Shown here: one piece after another, positions 52,616-62,692 of the stretch
Position numbering within the stretch: the stretch's first letter is position 1
How the letters are laid out: each line of letters opens with the position of its first letter
Made by a program: the position numbers and the translations under genes
The notes under the pieces: model-generated
Told to the model about the DNA's origin: nothing
Database searches by the model: none
Seen by the model: the letters and a program-made list of their open reading frames with translations, nothing else
Assembly: GCA_016125135.1 (NCBI GenBank)
Contig: WGMJ01000010.1
Span: forward strand, 35,885-99,884
Direction: 5' to 3'
From: Alphaproteobacteria bacterium
GTDB lineage: Bacteria > Pseudomonadota > Alphaproteobacteria > Micavibrionales > Micavibrionaceae
DNA: 64,000 bases

Positions 52616-53771
52616 GGCACTCGCCCTTTTCAAGAATTTTAACGCCTGGCAAGGTTTTGCCTTCAAGCCATTCAAGGAAGGCTCCGCCTGCGGTTGATAT
52701 ATAAGTGAAATCGTTTTTCACGCCCGCATGTTCTAAGGCTGAAACTGTGTCGCCGCCACCTGCAACAGAAATAATATTGTTATGCTTCGTTGCGTGCGCA
52801 ACAGCTTTTGTAAGCGCGGTGGTGCCCACGTCAAACGGTGTTTGTTCGAACACGCCTAAAGGCCCGTTCCACACAACTGTTTTCACTTCATTCAGAAGCT
52901 CGGAAATAAGGCGGACTGTTTCAGGCCCAACGTCGAATATTTTTTCAGTTGCGGGCACTTTTGTTGCGTCTACTTTATTACGCTGATCTGTAACTGCATC
53001 TAGTGGCAAAAGCAAACGGCAGCCCGCGCCCTCCGCTGTTTCAAGAATACTGAGCGCTGTATCGCACATATCTTTCTCAACTAATGAGCCGCCAACCTCA
53101 TGCCCCTGCGCAAGCAGGAAGGTGTTCGCCATGCCGCCAGCCAGAAACAGCATGTCGACTTTTTGAACAAGGTTATTGAGGAGGTCAAGCTTCGTGGAAA
53201 TTTTCGAGCCGCCGACAATTGCCATCACAGGGCGTTTTGGTGTTTCCAGCGCTTTTTGCAAAGCGTCCAATTCTTCCATCATCAGCAGGCCTGCATAAGA
53301 AGGCAGATAATGGCCAATACCTTCTGTTGATGCGTGCGCGCGGTGTGCGGCAGAAAAAGCATCATTCACAAAAATATCACCAAGCCCTGCAAGTTGTTTG
53401 GCAAAGGCGGGGTCGTTCTTCTCTTCGCCTGTGTGAAAGCGTGTGTTTTCCAGCAATATGATTTTATCTTCAGCAAGTACGTTATAGTCTGTGGCAATAA
53501 TCACCTCATGGCCCCAATGTTTTGCAAGCGGGGGCAATAGGAAATCGAGTGAAAAAGCAGGGTCGGGCGCGCCCTTGGGCCTGCCGAAATGTGAAAGGAT
53601 AATAATTTGCTTTACATGATGCTTGAGCAGGTAATCGATCGTTGGCTTTAAACGGTCAATACGCGTGAAGTCCGTCACTGTCTTCTGGTCATCAACGGGT
53701 ACATTCAAATCAGCACGCAGCACTACGCGCTTATGGGCAAGGTCACAGTCTTTGATTGAATTATAAGTCAT
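52590..53771 (-). CDS. pgk: Phosphoglycerate kinase
   Basis: RADLNVPV, ILSHFGRPKG, GGGDT. Confidence 0.97.
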   Translation of the reverse strand: MTYNSIKDCDLAHKRVVLRADLNVPVDDQKTVTDFTRIDRLKPTIDYLLKHHVKQIIILSHFGRPKGAPDPAFSLDFLLPPLAKHWGHEVIIATDYNVLAEDKIILLENTRFHTGEEKNDPAFAKQLAGLGDIFVNDAFSAAHRAHASTEGIGHYLPSYAGLLMMEELDALQKALETPKRPVMAIVGGSKISTKLDLLNNLVQKVDMLFLAGGMANTFLLAQGHEVGGSLVEKDMCDTALSILETAEGAGCRLLLPLDAVTDQRNKVDATKVPATEKIFDVGPETVRLISELLNEVKTVVWNGPLGVFEQTPFDVGTTALTKAVAHATKHNNIISVAGGGDTVSALEHAGVKNDFTYISTAGGAFLEWLEGKTLPGVKILEKGECRDNKTCCA

Positions 53772-53780
53772 GGCGTTTCC

Positions 53781-54728
53781 TTATCTGATAGTTTTCGCAC
53801 GCTCGGTGGCCTGAAGCAAGCGTCTAGCAATTGCGGGGTCCATAGCGCTATGGCCGCCATCGGGTACGATCACATAATCGGCCTCAGGCCATACTTTATG
53901 GAGCCTGTGCGCAGTTTCGAGCGGGCATATAACATCATAGCGTCCGTGAACGATAACAGCAGGAATATGACGTATGCGGTCAATATCATTCAGCAGGCTC
54001 TTCTTTGGTGCGATGACTTCATGAATAAAGTAATGGCACTCCAGCCGCGACACAGCGAGGTTATACTGTATCTCCTCTTCCGTGATCGTTTTTTCGATTG
54101 CGGGAATAAGGCGGGAGCAGCGGCCTTCAAACATAGCCCAGGCCATGCCTGCTTCGCGCTGGGTTTGTGGATCGTTCGAGCAAAGGCGCTTATAATAGGA
54201 GGGTAAAATGTTTTTGCGTTCTTTCTCGGTGAGGGGTGCAATAAATTCGTCATAGGCTTCGGGGTATGTTTTTTTCATGCCGCTGATAAACCAATCGACT
54301 TCGTTTTGCTCGAGTAAAAAGATGCCGCGTAAAATCAAACTGATGCAGCGCGCTGGCTGAGCGATTGCATATGAAAGCGCAAGCGTGCTGCCCCATGAGC
54401 CGCCAAACACATGCCATTGGTCGATGCGCAAATGTTCCCGTAATTTTTCAATGTCACTTACAAGATGCGCACGGGTGTTGTTTTTCAACTCTCCTAACGG
54501 AACAGACCGGCCCGCTCCGCGTTGGTCATATATGATAATCCTGTAATGTTCGGGGTCGAAAAAACACCGATGCAGCGGGCTGGCGCCAGCGCCGGGGCCG
54601 CCATGCAGGAATACAACCGGTACGCCGTCTGGGTTGCCCGATTGCTCCCAGTAAAGCGTATGGGTGCCGTCAACCGACAAAAACCCCGTGGAATAGGGCG
54701 TAATAGGAGGAAAAAGCTTCATTTGCAT
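53781..54728 (-). CDS. pip: Prolyl aminopeptidase (proline iminopeptidase)
   Basis: GNPDGVPVVFLHGGPGAG and GGSWGSTL (nucleophile). Confidence 0.92.
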   Translation of the reverse strand: MQMKLFPPITPYSTGFLSVDGTHTLYWEQSGNPDGVPVVFLHGGPGAGASPLHRCFFDPEHYRIIIYDQRGAGRSVPLGELKNNTRAHLVSDIEKLREHLRIDQWHVFGGSWGSTLALSYAIAQPARCISLILRGIFLLEQNEVDWFISGMKKTYPEAYDEFIAPLTEKERKNILPSYYKRLCSNDPQTQREAGMAWAMFEGRCSRLIPAIEKTITEEEIQYNLAVSRLECHYFIHEVIAPKKSLLNDIDRIRHIPAVIVHGRYDVICPLETAHRLHKVWPEADYVIVPDGGHSAMDPAIARRLLQATERAKTIR

Positions 54729-54783
54729 AAAATTCTAACCAAAATTCAGACTATTTATAGCATTTTTCTGGGATCATAGAAGT

Positions 54784-55548
54784 ATGGGGCTGGAAAACCC
54801 GCTTATCAACGAAGATTTTCTTTTAAATTCTATCAGCAGCATTCTTACCGATGCGGCTTACCTTGGCCTGTTAATAAATATAAAGGGTGAAACCTTGCGG
54901 GAAAAAGACCCTGAGTCTTTCGCGTTTGCGCAAGGGGAAATCAAAAAAATCCTTGCCGATGCAAGTGACAGCCGTGCAACCAAATCAAAAAAATATAACC
55001 AATTGCTCAATTTTGTTACAGCATATCCGGCGCTCTGCTTCCGTAGTGAAACTGTGGCGCTGATAAATGTCGCGCCAGAGTTTGCTTTGAATATGGCGCT
55101 TCTTATTCCAAGCCTGCCAGCGGTTTTCCCAAACCTTGTTGCGGTAAACGAAAAGCAGAATGGAATTATTACATCATCTATAGCGCGTAAAGCCATTCGC
55201 AAGAGAACGGGAACGGATCGTGTTCATTACACATTGACATCCAACGCGATTAACAGGCTTGCGCTTGATGCAATTATTACAGCAGCCAATATTACACGCG
55301 AAGGCGGAACGGTGATCCATGTCGTGAACAGGGATGATGGCGCTCATCTGATCGGGCTTGATAATGAAGGGTTCGATACGCTTGTGGAAGTTGCCAAACA
55401 TATGGAGCAAGAGGTTATTGTCAGGAATGACCGCTATTTTGTTCTCAGGCAGAACTCGGCAACCGCTATGTCGCTTGAGGATATCGAGGAAATGCTCTCG
55501 TTTAATGTGGAGAATCTTCTAAAAGTTCCATCTGCTGGAAGTGCGTAA
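54784..55548 (+). CDS. Hypothetical protein (254 aa)
   Basis: ORF track only; no recognisable motif. Confidence 0.5.
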   Translation: MGLENPLINEDFLLNSISSILTDAAYLGLLINIKGETLREKDPESFAFAQGEIKKILADASDSRATKSKKYNQLLNFVTAYPALCFRSETVALINVAPEFALNMALLIPSLPAVFPNLVAVNEKQNGIITSSIARKAIRKRTGTDRVHYTLTSNAINRLALDAIITAANITREGGTVIHVVNRDDGAHLIGLDNEGFDTLVEVAKHMEQEVIVRNDRYFVLRQNSATAMSLEDIEEMLSFNVENLLKVPSAGSA

Positions 55549-56347
55549 GCGTAATAGAAGGGCCGTTTTTACTCTCGATAAATCCGCGTATGCGGATTTT
55601 TTTATCCTTGAATGAAAGTAAATCAATATTGGCGCGGGATAATTTCTGCCGTAATGCAGCCGGTACAACGATTGTGAAATCCTTACGCCAATCATCACCG
55701 AAATTCAGATAGACAATATTATTGTTGATTGCGGCTGATTTTACTGTGCCTTCAACAATGTAAATATCATTCCGCACGGTTAAGGACTCTTCGGGCGAAA
55801 GTATTTTGAACTGTGCATCGGCCCATAGGTTTTTATTTGCTTCGCGTGCTTTGCGTTCAGCAACGAGCATGGGGATTGCCATCTCTGTCATGCTCTCGCT
55901 TGTTAGTACGCGTGCAAGGCCTTCTTCAATCATTGCGCCCTGAAGCCATGTGTTGTCGAATTTACGCACCGCATGAACGGGGAAATGCCCCATACGGTTT
56001 TGGCGCGCCGTAAGATCACGTGATTGATATATATAAAGCGTTTGGCCTGCGACGGCTTTTTCAAGCCATTCTTTTGCCTGTGTCGCGATATTACTTTCGG
56101 TAAATGACGTAACGCCGGGAACATCAAGCCCTGCCAGCCTGTATATATGATTGTCGTTCCCGAGAAAGGTGAGGGGGTCTATAACCTTTTCAGCCGTTAT
56201 AGTAAGCGGGTTTGAAGAAAGTTCCGCAGAAAAATTGATTTCTGAAGGCTTTTCTTCTGCATGCGGCTTTTGTATAAAAAGGCAACAGACAAGAAGGATA
56301 AAAATACCAATGATAGGTCTCATAAAACTCGGCGTTCTCACTCTCAT
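55502..56347 (-). CDS. Secreted thermonuclease (SNase)-like protein with a degenerate active-site motif
   Basis: Signal peptide. YRLAGLDVPG occupies the place of the RLxGIDAPE-type motif. An alternative start lies at 56323. Confidence 0.55.
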   Translation of the reverse strand: MRVRTPSFMRPIIGIFILLVCCLFIQKPHAEEKPSEINFSAELSSNPLTITAEKVIDPLTFLGNDNHIYRLAGLDVPGVTSFTESNIATQAKEWLEKAVAGQTLYIYQSRDLTARQNRMGHFPVHAVRKFDNTWLQGAMIEEGLARVLTSESMTEMAIPMLVAERKAREANKNLWADAQFKILSPEESLTVRNDIYIVEGTVKSAAINNNIVYLNFGDDWRKDFTIVVPAALRQKLSRANIDLLSFKDKKIRIRGFIESKNGPSITLTHFQQMELLEDSPH

Positions 56348-57773
56348 GCTCGGCGTGGCCTTCCTGACAGAAGGATGTACTACAAACCCGGCAACAGGGG
56401 AACAGCAATTCTCTGTTATTTCGCAGAGTCAGGAAAAGAGTATCGGTGCGTCTAACCATCAGGCCATTCTCGATGAATATGGCGGGCTTTATAATGACAG
56501 CAAGATACAGAGCTATGTTTCGGATATCGGGCAGCGGCTCGTAAAAGTTTCGGAAACGCCAAACGAGCAATTCCGCTTCTTTGTTGTGGACAGCCCCGAG
56601 TTCAATGCGTTTGCTGTACCGGGTGGCTATATTTATATGACGCGCGGCGCGCTCACTGTGGCAACCAGTGAAGCCGAAGTTGCGTCTATCCTCGCGCACG
56701 AGATTGGCCACATCACAGCACGTCATGGCGCTTCACGCCAGACAACAGGCGTATTGACAGGGATTGGTGCCGCAATTTTGCAAAATGTTGTGAATGCCCC
56801 GGGGCTGGGTGATGCGCTGAATTTAGGGTCAAACCTTTATATGAGTTCCTATTCCCGCGATCAGGAGCGCGAGGCCGATACACTTGGTATCCGCTACCTC
56901 CACCGCGCGGGGTATGACCCCTATGCCGCGGCGCGTATGTTTGGCCAGCTTTATGCGCTCGAGCAATATGAAAGCGCAACAAACCCTGATAAAGCCAATT
57001 CATCGGCTTATTTCTTCCGCTCTCACCCACTTTCGCAAGAGCGTATCGGGAATACACGTCAGGAAGCGGCTAAGTATGCAAAAAATGACAGCGTGAATAA
57101 CCACGATAGTTATTTGCGGACAATTAGCGGGCTTGAGTATGGCGATAGCAGTGCGCAAGGCTTTGTGCGTGATGGCAAGTTTATTCACCCCTCGCTTGGC
57201 TTCTCCTTTATGGTGCCAAGTGGCTATGACGTTGTGAACAAACCGCAGCAAGTTGTCATTGCACGCAAGAGCGGCCCGATGGCTATTTTTGATGGTACAA
57301 GACAGCCGGGCGGGATCGACCCTGTGACGTATGTGCGTGACTTCTGGCTGAAGGGCAAAAATGCAGACCCTGTTGAAGCAGTTACAGTCAACGGTATGGC
57401 GGCGGCAACTTCGACTGTGCGCGGCACAGTTAACGGTGCGCCCACAAGCGTCCGCGTGATGGCAATTGCTTATTCACCACAGGATATATTCCGCTTCCAA
57501 GTGGCAGTGCCCAGTAGCATCAGTGCTGGCGAGCTGGACCAGCTGAAACGCATGACCTATAGCCTGCAACCTTTAACCGCTGCTGATAAAGCGCAGATCA
57601 AACCAATGCGCATTGCGATTGTTACGGCTAAGGCTGGCGATACGGTGAATAGCCTTGGCGCTTCCATGAGCGTCTCTGCCAAACATAACAAGCCGGCACT
57701 GTTCCGCGTTATCAACGGTTTGAATAATGGCGAATCCGTGGTAACAGGTCAGCAGTACAAGGTTATCTATTAA
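56310..57773 (+). CDS. M48-family zinc metalloprotease, exported
   Basis: HEIGH motif. The internal ATG at 56310 gives the signal-like MIGLIKLGVLTLMLGVAFLTEGC. Confidence 0.85.
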   Translation: MIGLIKLGVLTLMLGVAFLTEGCTTNPATGEQQFSVISQSQEKSIGASNHQAILDEYGGLYNDSKIQSYVSDIGQRLVKVSETPNEQFRFFVVDSPEFNAFAVPGGYIYMTRGALTVATSEAEVASILAHEIGHITARHGASRQTTGVLTGIGAAILQNVVNAPGLGDALNLGSNLYMSSYSRDQEREADTLGIRYLHRAGYDPYAAARMFGQLYALEQYESATNPDKANSSAYFFRSHPLSQERIGNTRQEAAKYAKNDSVNNHDSYLRTISGLEYGDSSAQGFVRDGKFIHPSLGFSFMVPSGYDVVNKPQQVVIARKSGPMAIFDGTRQPGGIDPVTYVRDFWLKGKNADPVEAVTVNGMAAATSTVRGTVNGAPTSVRVMAIAYSPQDIFRFQVAVPSSISAGELDQLKRMTYSLQPLTAADKAQIKPMRIAIVTAKAGDTVNSLGASMSVSAKHNKPALFRVINGLNNGESVVTGQQYKVIY

Positions 57774-58414
57774 TGGCATTCTACATTTTGAATCCGCGTA
57801 GCGGCGCACCGCCGCAATCGCTCGTTATTTTGCTCCATGGGTATGGTGCAAACGGGCAGGACCTTCTTTCACTGGGTGAGGCATGGGCCGACCAATTACG
57901 CAATACAGCCTTCGTTGCAACAGACGCGCCCGAAAATTGTGAAGGTATGCCTGACGGCTTTGAAGGTTATTACCAATGGTTCTCGTTGCGTGACTGGAGC
58001 ATTGATGCAATGCGTGCGGGTGCGCGAAAGGTGCTGCCATGGCTTCAGCAATTTTTAAAGGAACAATCGGAAACGCATAACGTGCCGATGGAAAAGATTG
58101 CGCTTGTCGGTTTCTCGCAAGGGACGATGATGGCGCTTTTTTATGGCCTGCAAGCTAGCCCGCATATTGCAGGGGTGCTCGGCTATTCGGGCGCGCTTTT
58201 AAACGAAAAGCTGGAAATGACGGCCGATATACCCCTCTGCCTTGTCCATGGGGATGCCGATGACGTAGTGCCCGTCGCGGCCCTGCATGAGGCCAAAACC
58301 GTGCTGGAAAAAGGCGGCTATAAGCTGGAAACACAAGTAATTCCGCGGCTTGCCCACGGGATTGACCCGAATGGCCTCCAAACCGGCCTGACCTTCTTGA
58401 AGACGGTATTATAA
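57773..58414 (+). CDS. Alpha/beta hydrolase, phospholipase/carboxylesterase family
   Basis: GFSQGTMMA nucleophile elbow, plus an HG.aD segment and a His near the C-terminus. Confidence 0.85.
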   Translation: MAFYILNPRSGAPPQSLVILLHGYGANGQDLLSLGEAWADQLRNTAFVATDAPENCEGMPDGFEGYYQWFSLRDWSIDAMRAGARKVLPWLQQFLKEQSETHNVPMEKIALVGFSQGTMMALFYGLQASPHIAGVLGYSGALLNEKLEMTADIPLCLVHGDADDVVPVAALHEAKTVLEKGGYKLETQVIPRLAHGIDPNGLQTGLTFLKTVL

Positions 58415-58506
58415 TACCACATACAAAAAACGCTGATTTTTCTTGACTTCACGGGGCCTGATGCGCTTTATAGGCGCATAACTTTTTCAAAAAGAAGTAG
58501 AAACAA

Positions 58507-58986
58507 ATGAAAAGACAACTGACAGCAACAACGTTTACGGCCAAACCAGCCGATATAAACAAAAAATGGTACATCATCGATGCCAAAGGCCTCGTGCTTG
58601 GCCGCCTTGCAAGCCTGATTGCAATGCGTCTGCGTGGCAAGCATCTCGCAACTTTCACACCGCATATGGACACAGGCGATAACATTGTTGTTATCAATGC
58701 CGACAAAGTGGCGCTGACAGGCGATAAAGCAAAAGGCGATATCTTTTACTGGCACACAGGTTACCCGGGCGGTATCAAAGGCCGTTCAAAAGGTGAAATT
58801 CTTGCTGGCCGTTTCCCTGGCCGTGTTCTTGAAAAAGCGGTCGAGCGTATGTTGCCAAAAGGTCCGCTGGGCAGAAAGGTTCTGAAGAACCTGAAAGTCT
58901 ATGCCGGTACAGAGCACCCGCACGAGGCACAACAGCCTGAAGCAATTGATGTTGCTTCTTTGAACAAGAAAAACAAAAGAGCTTAA
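58507..58986 (+). CDS. rplM: 50S ribosomal protein L13
   Basis: [24 protein letters not shown]. Confidence 0.97.
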   Translation: MKRQLTATTFTAKPADINKKWYIIDAKGLVLGRLASLIAMRLRGKHLATFTPHMDTGDNIVVINADKVALTGDKAKGDIFYWHTGYPGGIKGRSKGEILAGRFPGRVLEKAVERMLPKGPLGRKVLKNLKVYAGTEHPHEAQQPEAIDVASLNKKNKRA

Positions 58987-58997
58987 GGAACTGACCC

Positions 58998-59468
58998 ATG
59001 TTGAATGAACAACTCAAAACACTTAGCGAAACAACAGCTGCGGCACCAGAAGCGCCAAAGCGCGAACCAAAGCGTGACCAATTCGGCCGCAGCTACGGTA
59101 CAGGTCGTCGTAAGGAATCAACAGCACGCGTTTGGGTTAAACCAGGCTCGGGCAAAGTTGTTGTGAACGGCAAAGAGCAAGAGAAATACTTTGGCCGTAA
59201 AACACACCTGCTTGTTATCAACCAGCCATTTTTGGTCTCTGGCCGCGTTAACCAGTTCGACGTTATGTGCACAGTTAAAGGCGGCGGTCTGTCAGGCCAA
59301 GCCGGTGCGGTACGTCACGGTATCTCACGCGCACTCGAGCAATACGAGCCTTCGCTACGTCCGGCCCTGAAAAAAGCAGGCCTGCTGACACGTGACTCAC
59401 GTGCGGTTGAGCGTAAAAAGGCTGGTCTCCACGGTGCGCGCCGTGCGAAACAGTGGGTCAAGCGTTAA
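58998..59468 (+). CDS. rpsI: 30S ribosomal protein S9
   Basis: [12 protein letters not shown] ... [18 protein letters not shown] ... RKK.GL..ARR..Q..KR. Confidence 0.97.
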   Translation: MLNEQLKTLSETTAAAPEAPKREPKRDQFGRSYGTGRRKESTARVWVKPGSGKVVVNGKEQEKYFGRKTHLLVINQPFLVSGRVNQFDVMCTVKGGGLSGQAGAVRHGISRALEQYEPSLRPALKKAGLLTRDSRAVERKKAGLHGARRAKQWVKR

Positions 59469-59490
59469 GCTTTTACTCTTTTATTTTCCA

Positions 59491-59527
59491 AAAAGAGCGT
59501 TTCCTGTTGCGGAACGCTCTTTTTTTG
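59491..59527 (+). terminator. Rho-independent terminator after rplM-rpsI
   Basis: aaaaAGAGCGTTtCCtgttgcGGAACGCTCTtttttt. Confidence 0.8.
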
Positions 59528-59543
59528 TTGTAAGAATAGGGCC

Positions 59544-59912
59544 ATGATTACGTTAAGTAAAACATTCACCATTGAAGCGGCGCATTATTTGCCAGAGCGT
59601 CCTAACCCGCATGGTCACTCATATGAGGTAGAAGTATGGGTCAAGGGTGATGAAAATAGCGACTACGTGATAGGCGAGGCAAAATTCGACCAAAAAGCGT
59701 CGGCAGTAGTTTCACAGCTTGATCATAGAGTTTTGAATGACGTTATACCTGTACCAACGACAGAAAACATTGCCCGCTGGATTTGGAACAATCTAGAAAG
59801 TGAGCTATCCTTGTTTAAAGTTGTCGTGCGCCGCCCAACAATTAAAATGGCTTGTGAATATTATGGAGGGAATTACGGTATACGTGGCTATGCTTTTACA
59901 CAGCCTAAATAA
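59544..59912 (+). CDS. queD: 6-carboxytetrahydropterin synthase / 6-pyruvoyl-tetrahydropterin synthase family
   Basis: FTIEAAHYLP...HGHSYEVEV. Confidence 0.8.
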   Translation: MITLSKTFTIEAAHYLPERPNPHGHSYEVEVWVKGDENSDYVIGEAKFDQKASAVVSQLDHRVLNDVIPVPTTENIARWIWNNLESELSLFKVVVRRPTIKMACEYYGGNYGIRGYAFTQPK

Positions 59913-59938
59913 TTCACCCTATAAATACTCAATAGTCT

Positions 59939-60448
59939 ATGCCCATTATTCTGCCCTTTAAAGACAAGCTCCCGCAAATTCACCCCTCGGCTTTTATTGC
60001 CGAGAATGCCGTTATTATCGGTGATGTTGTTATTGGCGCTGAAAGCAGCGTGTGGTTTGGCTGCGTCATACGGGGTGATGTAAATAATATCATTATCGGC
60101 GAACGGACAAATATTCAGGACGGCACGGTTATTCATGTCTCTTCAACGACTCAAGGCACTTATATTGGTGATGATGTAACAGTTGGCCATATGGCGCTTG
60201 TGCATGCCTGCACAATTGGCAACAAAGTGCTGGTGGGCATGAAGGCGTGCATTATGGATGATACACAAGTGGAAGACGAAGTGATTATCGGCGCAGGTGC
60301 ACTCGTCACCAGTAACAAGCGTGTAGGCAAGGGCCAACTTTGGGCGGGCAGCCCTGCAAAATACATGCGTGATTTACGTGAAGACGATTATAAGTTCCTT
60401 GATATTTCCACATCACGCTACGTGAAGCTACGCGAACATTACCAATAG
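59939..60448 (+). CDS. Gamma-carbonic-anhydrase-like hexapeptide-repeat protein
   Basis: Left-handed beta-helix repeats (IHPSAFIAENAVIIGDVVIGAESSVWFGCVIRGD). Confidence 0.88.
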   Translation: MPIILPFKDKLPQIHPSAFIAENAVIIGDVVIGAESSVWFGCVIRGDVNNIIIGERTNIQDGTVIHVSSTTQGTYIGDDVTVGHMALVHACTIGNKVLVGMKACIMDDTQVEDEVIIGAGALVTSNKRVGKGQLWAGSPAKYMRDLREDDYKFLDISTSRYVKLREHYQ

Positions 60449-60457
60449 GAGATTTGC

Positions 60458-60880
60458 GTGGAGCAAAGATTAAGCATTATTACACTCGGCGTTCGTGATA
60501 TTGAAAAATCAAAGCACTTTTACAATGCGTTGGGGTGGAAGCCGCATAGCGAAGAAGGCGTTATTGCCTATAATCTCAACTCAATGGCTTTTGCGCTTTA
60601 TCCGCTTGAGGCTTTGCAAGAGGATGCAACAGTTGAAATGGCTGCTACATCACACCCGCCGTTCTCAATGGCGTATAATGTTAATAGCAAAGAAGATGTT
60701 TCTGCGGTGTTGGAGGAAGCTGTTCGTGCTGGCGGGAAAATGGTTAAACCTGCACAGGATGTTTTTTGGGGCGGTTATTCAGGGTATTTTTCTGATCCTG
60801 ACGGGTATCTTTGGGAAGTTGCCTATAATCCGTTTTCACCGTTGGGAACAAAAAATGATTTTCAATGGGGCGGTGCGTAG
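60458..60880 (+). CDS. VOC (glyoxalase/bleomycin resistance) family protein
   Basis: LSIITLGVRDIEKSKHFY ... FSDPDGYLWEV. Confidence 0.85.
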   Translation: MEQRLSIITLGVRDIEKSKHFYNALGWKPHSEEGVIAYNLNSMAFALYPLEALQEDATVEMAATSHPPFSMAYNVNSKEDVSAVLEEAVRAGGKMVKPAQDVFWGGYSGYFSDPDGYLWEVAYNPFSPLGTKNDFQWGGA

Positions 60881-60883
60881 CGA

Positions 60884-62692
60884 TTACCGCACGTAAGTGC
60901 CGGGTGCTTTGCAAAGTGGTTTAAGCGAACCTTCTTGCGGCGTTTCTTTTTTACCGCTAAAGCCTTTCAGCCAGTCTGTCCAGTCAGTCCACCATGAGCC
61001 TTCATGGTATTTTGCCTCTTCAAGCCATTTGTCGGGTTTTTGTTCTTTGGCAGGGTTTTTCCAATAGCCATATTTACCTGATGTTGGCGGGTTTACAACG
61101 CCTGCCACATGGCCGGAAGCGGCGAGCGTAAACTGTACATCATCACCACCCAGTAAATGCGCCCCGTTAAAGGTTGCACGCCACGGCGCGATATGGTCTT
61201 CCTTCGTTGAAAGGAAATAAGCGGGGATATTGATGTCAGTTACATCCAGCAACTCGCCCTTCACACACAGTTTTTTATGCTGGGCCAAGAAGTTCCGCAA
61301 GTACATATTGCGCAGATAATAACTATGCATAGCGGCGGGCATGTTCGTTGAATCATCGTTCCAGTAAAGAATATCGAACGGGAATGGCTCACGCCCCAGC
61401 ATGTAATTATTGACGATGTATGACCATACAAGGTCATTCGCACGTAGCATGCTGAAGGTGGTTTGCAATACGTTGGAATCAAGTATGCCTGTTTCCTGCA
61501 TTTGCTGTTCAAGCCATTGGATCTGTGCTTCGTCGGTAAAGAGCGCGAGGTCTCCGGCATTTTTAAAATCAATCAACGTTGTCAGGAAGGTGGCGCTAAT
61601 GAAAGGGCTTTCTTTCTTCGCGGCCGCTAAATAAGCAAGGGTCAGTGTTAGCAACGTGCCGCCAATACAGTAACCAACAACATTCATTTTCTCGGTGCCT
61701 GTATGTTTGGTAATTGTTTCGGCTGCCTTTAATAGGCCATCATCCATATAGTCGCTAAAATTCTTGTTGGCGTGTTTTGGCCCCGGGTTCACCCACGATA
61801 TAACAAATACGCGATAGCCTTGCTGCACAGCCCAGTTGATAAAGGAATTTTGCGGGCGCAGATCAAGAATATAATATTTGTTGATCCATGGCGGGCAGAT
61901 GAGAAGCGGGACGCTGTAAACGCTCTCGGTTTGCGGTGCGTATTCAATCAGCTCCATCATGTCGTTGCGGTAAATAACGTTGCCTTTTGTCAGGGCAAGG
62001 TTTTCACCGATCTTGAAGGCTGCATAATCTGTTTTGCTAATCTTGAGTTTGCCTTTGCCGCGCTGCAAATCTTCCAGCAAATTCTTAAGTCCGTTGATAA
62101 TATTCTCGCCGCCTGTTTCCAGTGTTGTGCGCAATACTTCGGGGTTCGTCATAAAGAAATTGCTGGGCGAAAATGCATCAACGAATTGCTTGGTGTAAAA
62201 TTCGACCTTTGCTTTTTCGTGCGGGTCAGTGAAGCTGGTTTCATGCACGGCGCGTTGTACGGCGCTGGCTGTGAGCAGGTATGATTGTTTGAGAAAATCA
62301 AACACAGCGCTTTGTTGCCATGCGGGGTCTTTAAAGCGCTTGTCGCCTTTTTCGGGCTCGATAATATCGGCGGCGTCCTTGCCCATAAATTTCAGCGCGC
62401 TGTTATGGCACAGCGTCATAAATTGCTGCCAGTATTCCACGCCCCAATCAACAAGCTGGAGCGGATTATCAGCCCATGTTTTCCACAAGCTCATATAAGC
62501 GGGTTTGATATTCAGCGGGTCAAAAGATTTATCGTGGAAAGCTTCTTGCGAGCGCACCTGTTCGAGAATCTCTTGGATCAGCGGTTGCGCGCGCTGCATA
62601 ACGCTGGCCCAGTTATGGCTGAAAGCCATGGGATCAAGCTTTGAGGGCCGGCCCTTGCCAGCGGGGGGATTCTGGGGCACAGTTTGAACCAT
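60884..62692 (-). CDS. phaC: Class I poly(R)-hydroxyalkanoate synthase
   Basis: Lipase-box GYCIGG. The ATG at 62692 (MVQTVPQNPP) is preferred over the track start at 62806. Confidence 0.92.
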   Translation of the reverse strand: MVQTVPQNPPAGKGRPSKLDPMAFSHNWASVMQRAQPLIQEILEQVRSQEAFHDKSFDPLNIKPAYMSLWKTWADNPLQLVDWGVEYWQQFMTLCHNSALKFMGKDAADIIEPEKGDKRFKDPAWQQSAVFDFLKQSYLLTASAVQRAVHETSFTDPHEKAKVEFYTKQFVDAFSPSNFFMTNPEVLRTTLETGGENIINGLKNLLEDLQRGKGKLKISKTDYAAFKIGENLALTKGNVIYRNDMMELIEYAPQTESVYSVPLLICPPWINKYYILDLRPQNSFINWAVQQGYRVFVISWVNPGPKHANKNFSDYMDDGLLKAAETITKHTGTEKMNVVGYCIGGTLLTLTLAYLAAAKKESPFISATFLTTLIDFKNAGDLALFTDEAQIQWLEQQMQETGILDSNVLQTTFSMLRANDLVWSYIVNNYMLGREPFPFDILYWNDDSTNMPAAMHSYYLRNMYLRNFLAQHKKLCVKGELLDVTDINIPAYFLSTKEDHIAPWRATFNGAHLLGGDDVQFTLAASGHVAGVVNPPTSGKYGYWKNPAKEQKPDKWLEEAKYHEGSWWTDWTDWLKGFSGKKETPQEGSLKPLCKAPGTYVR

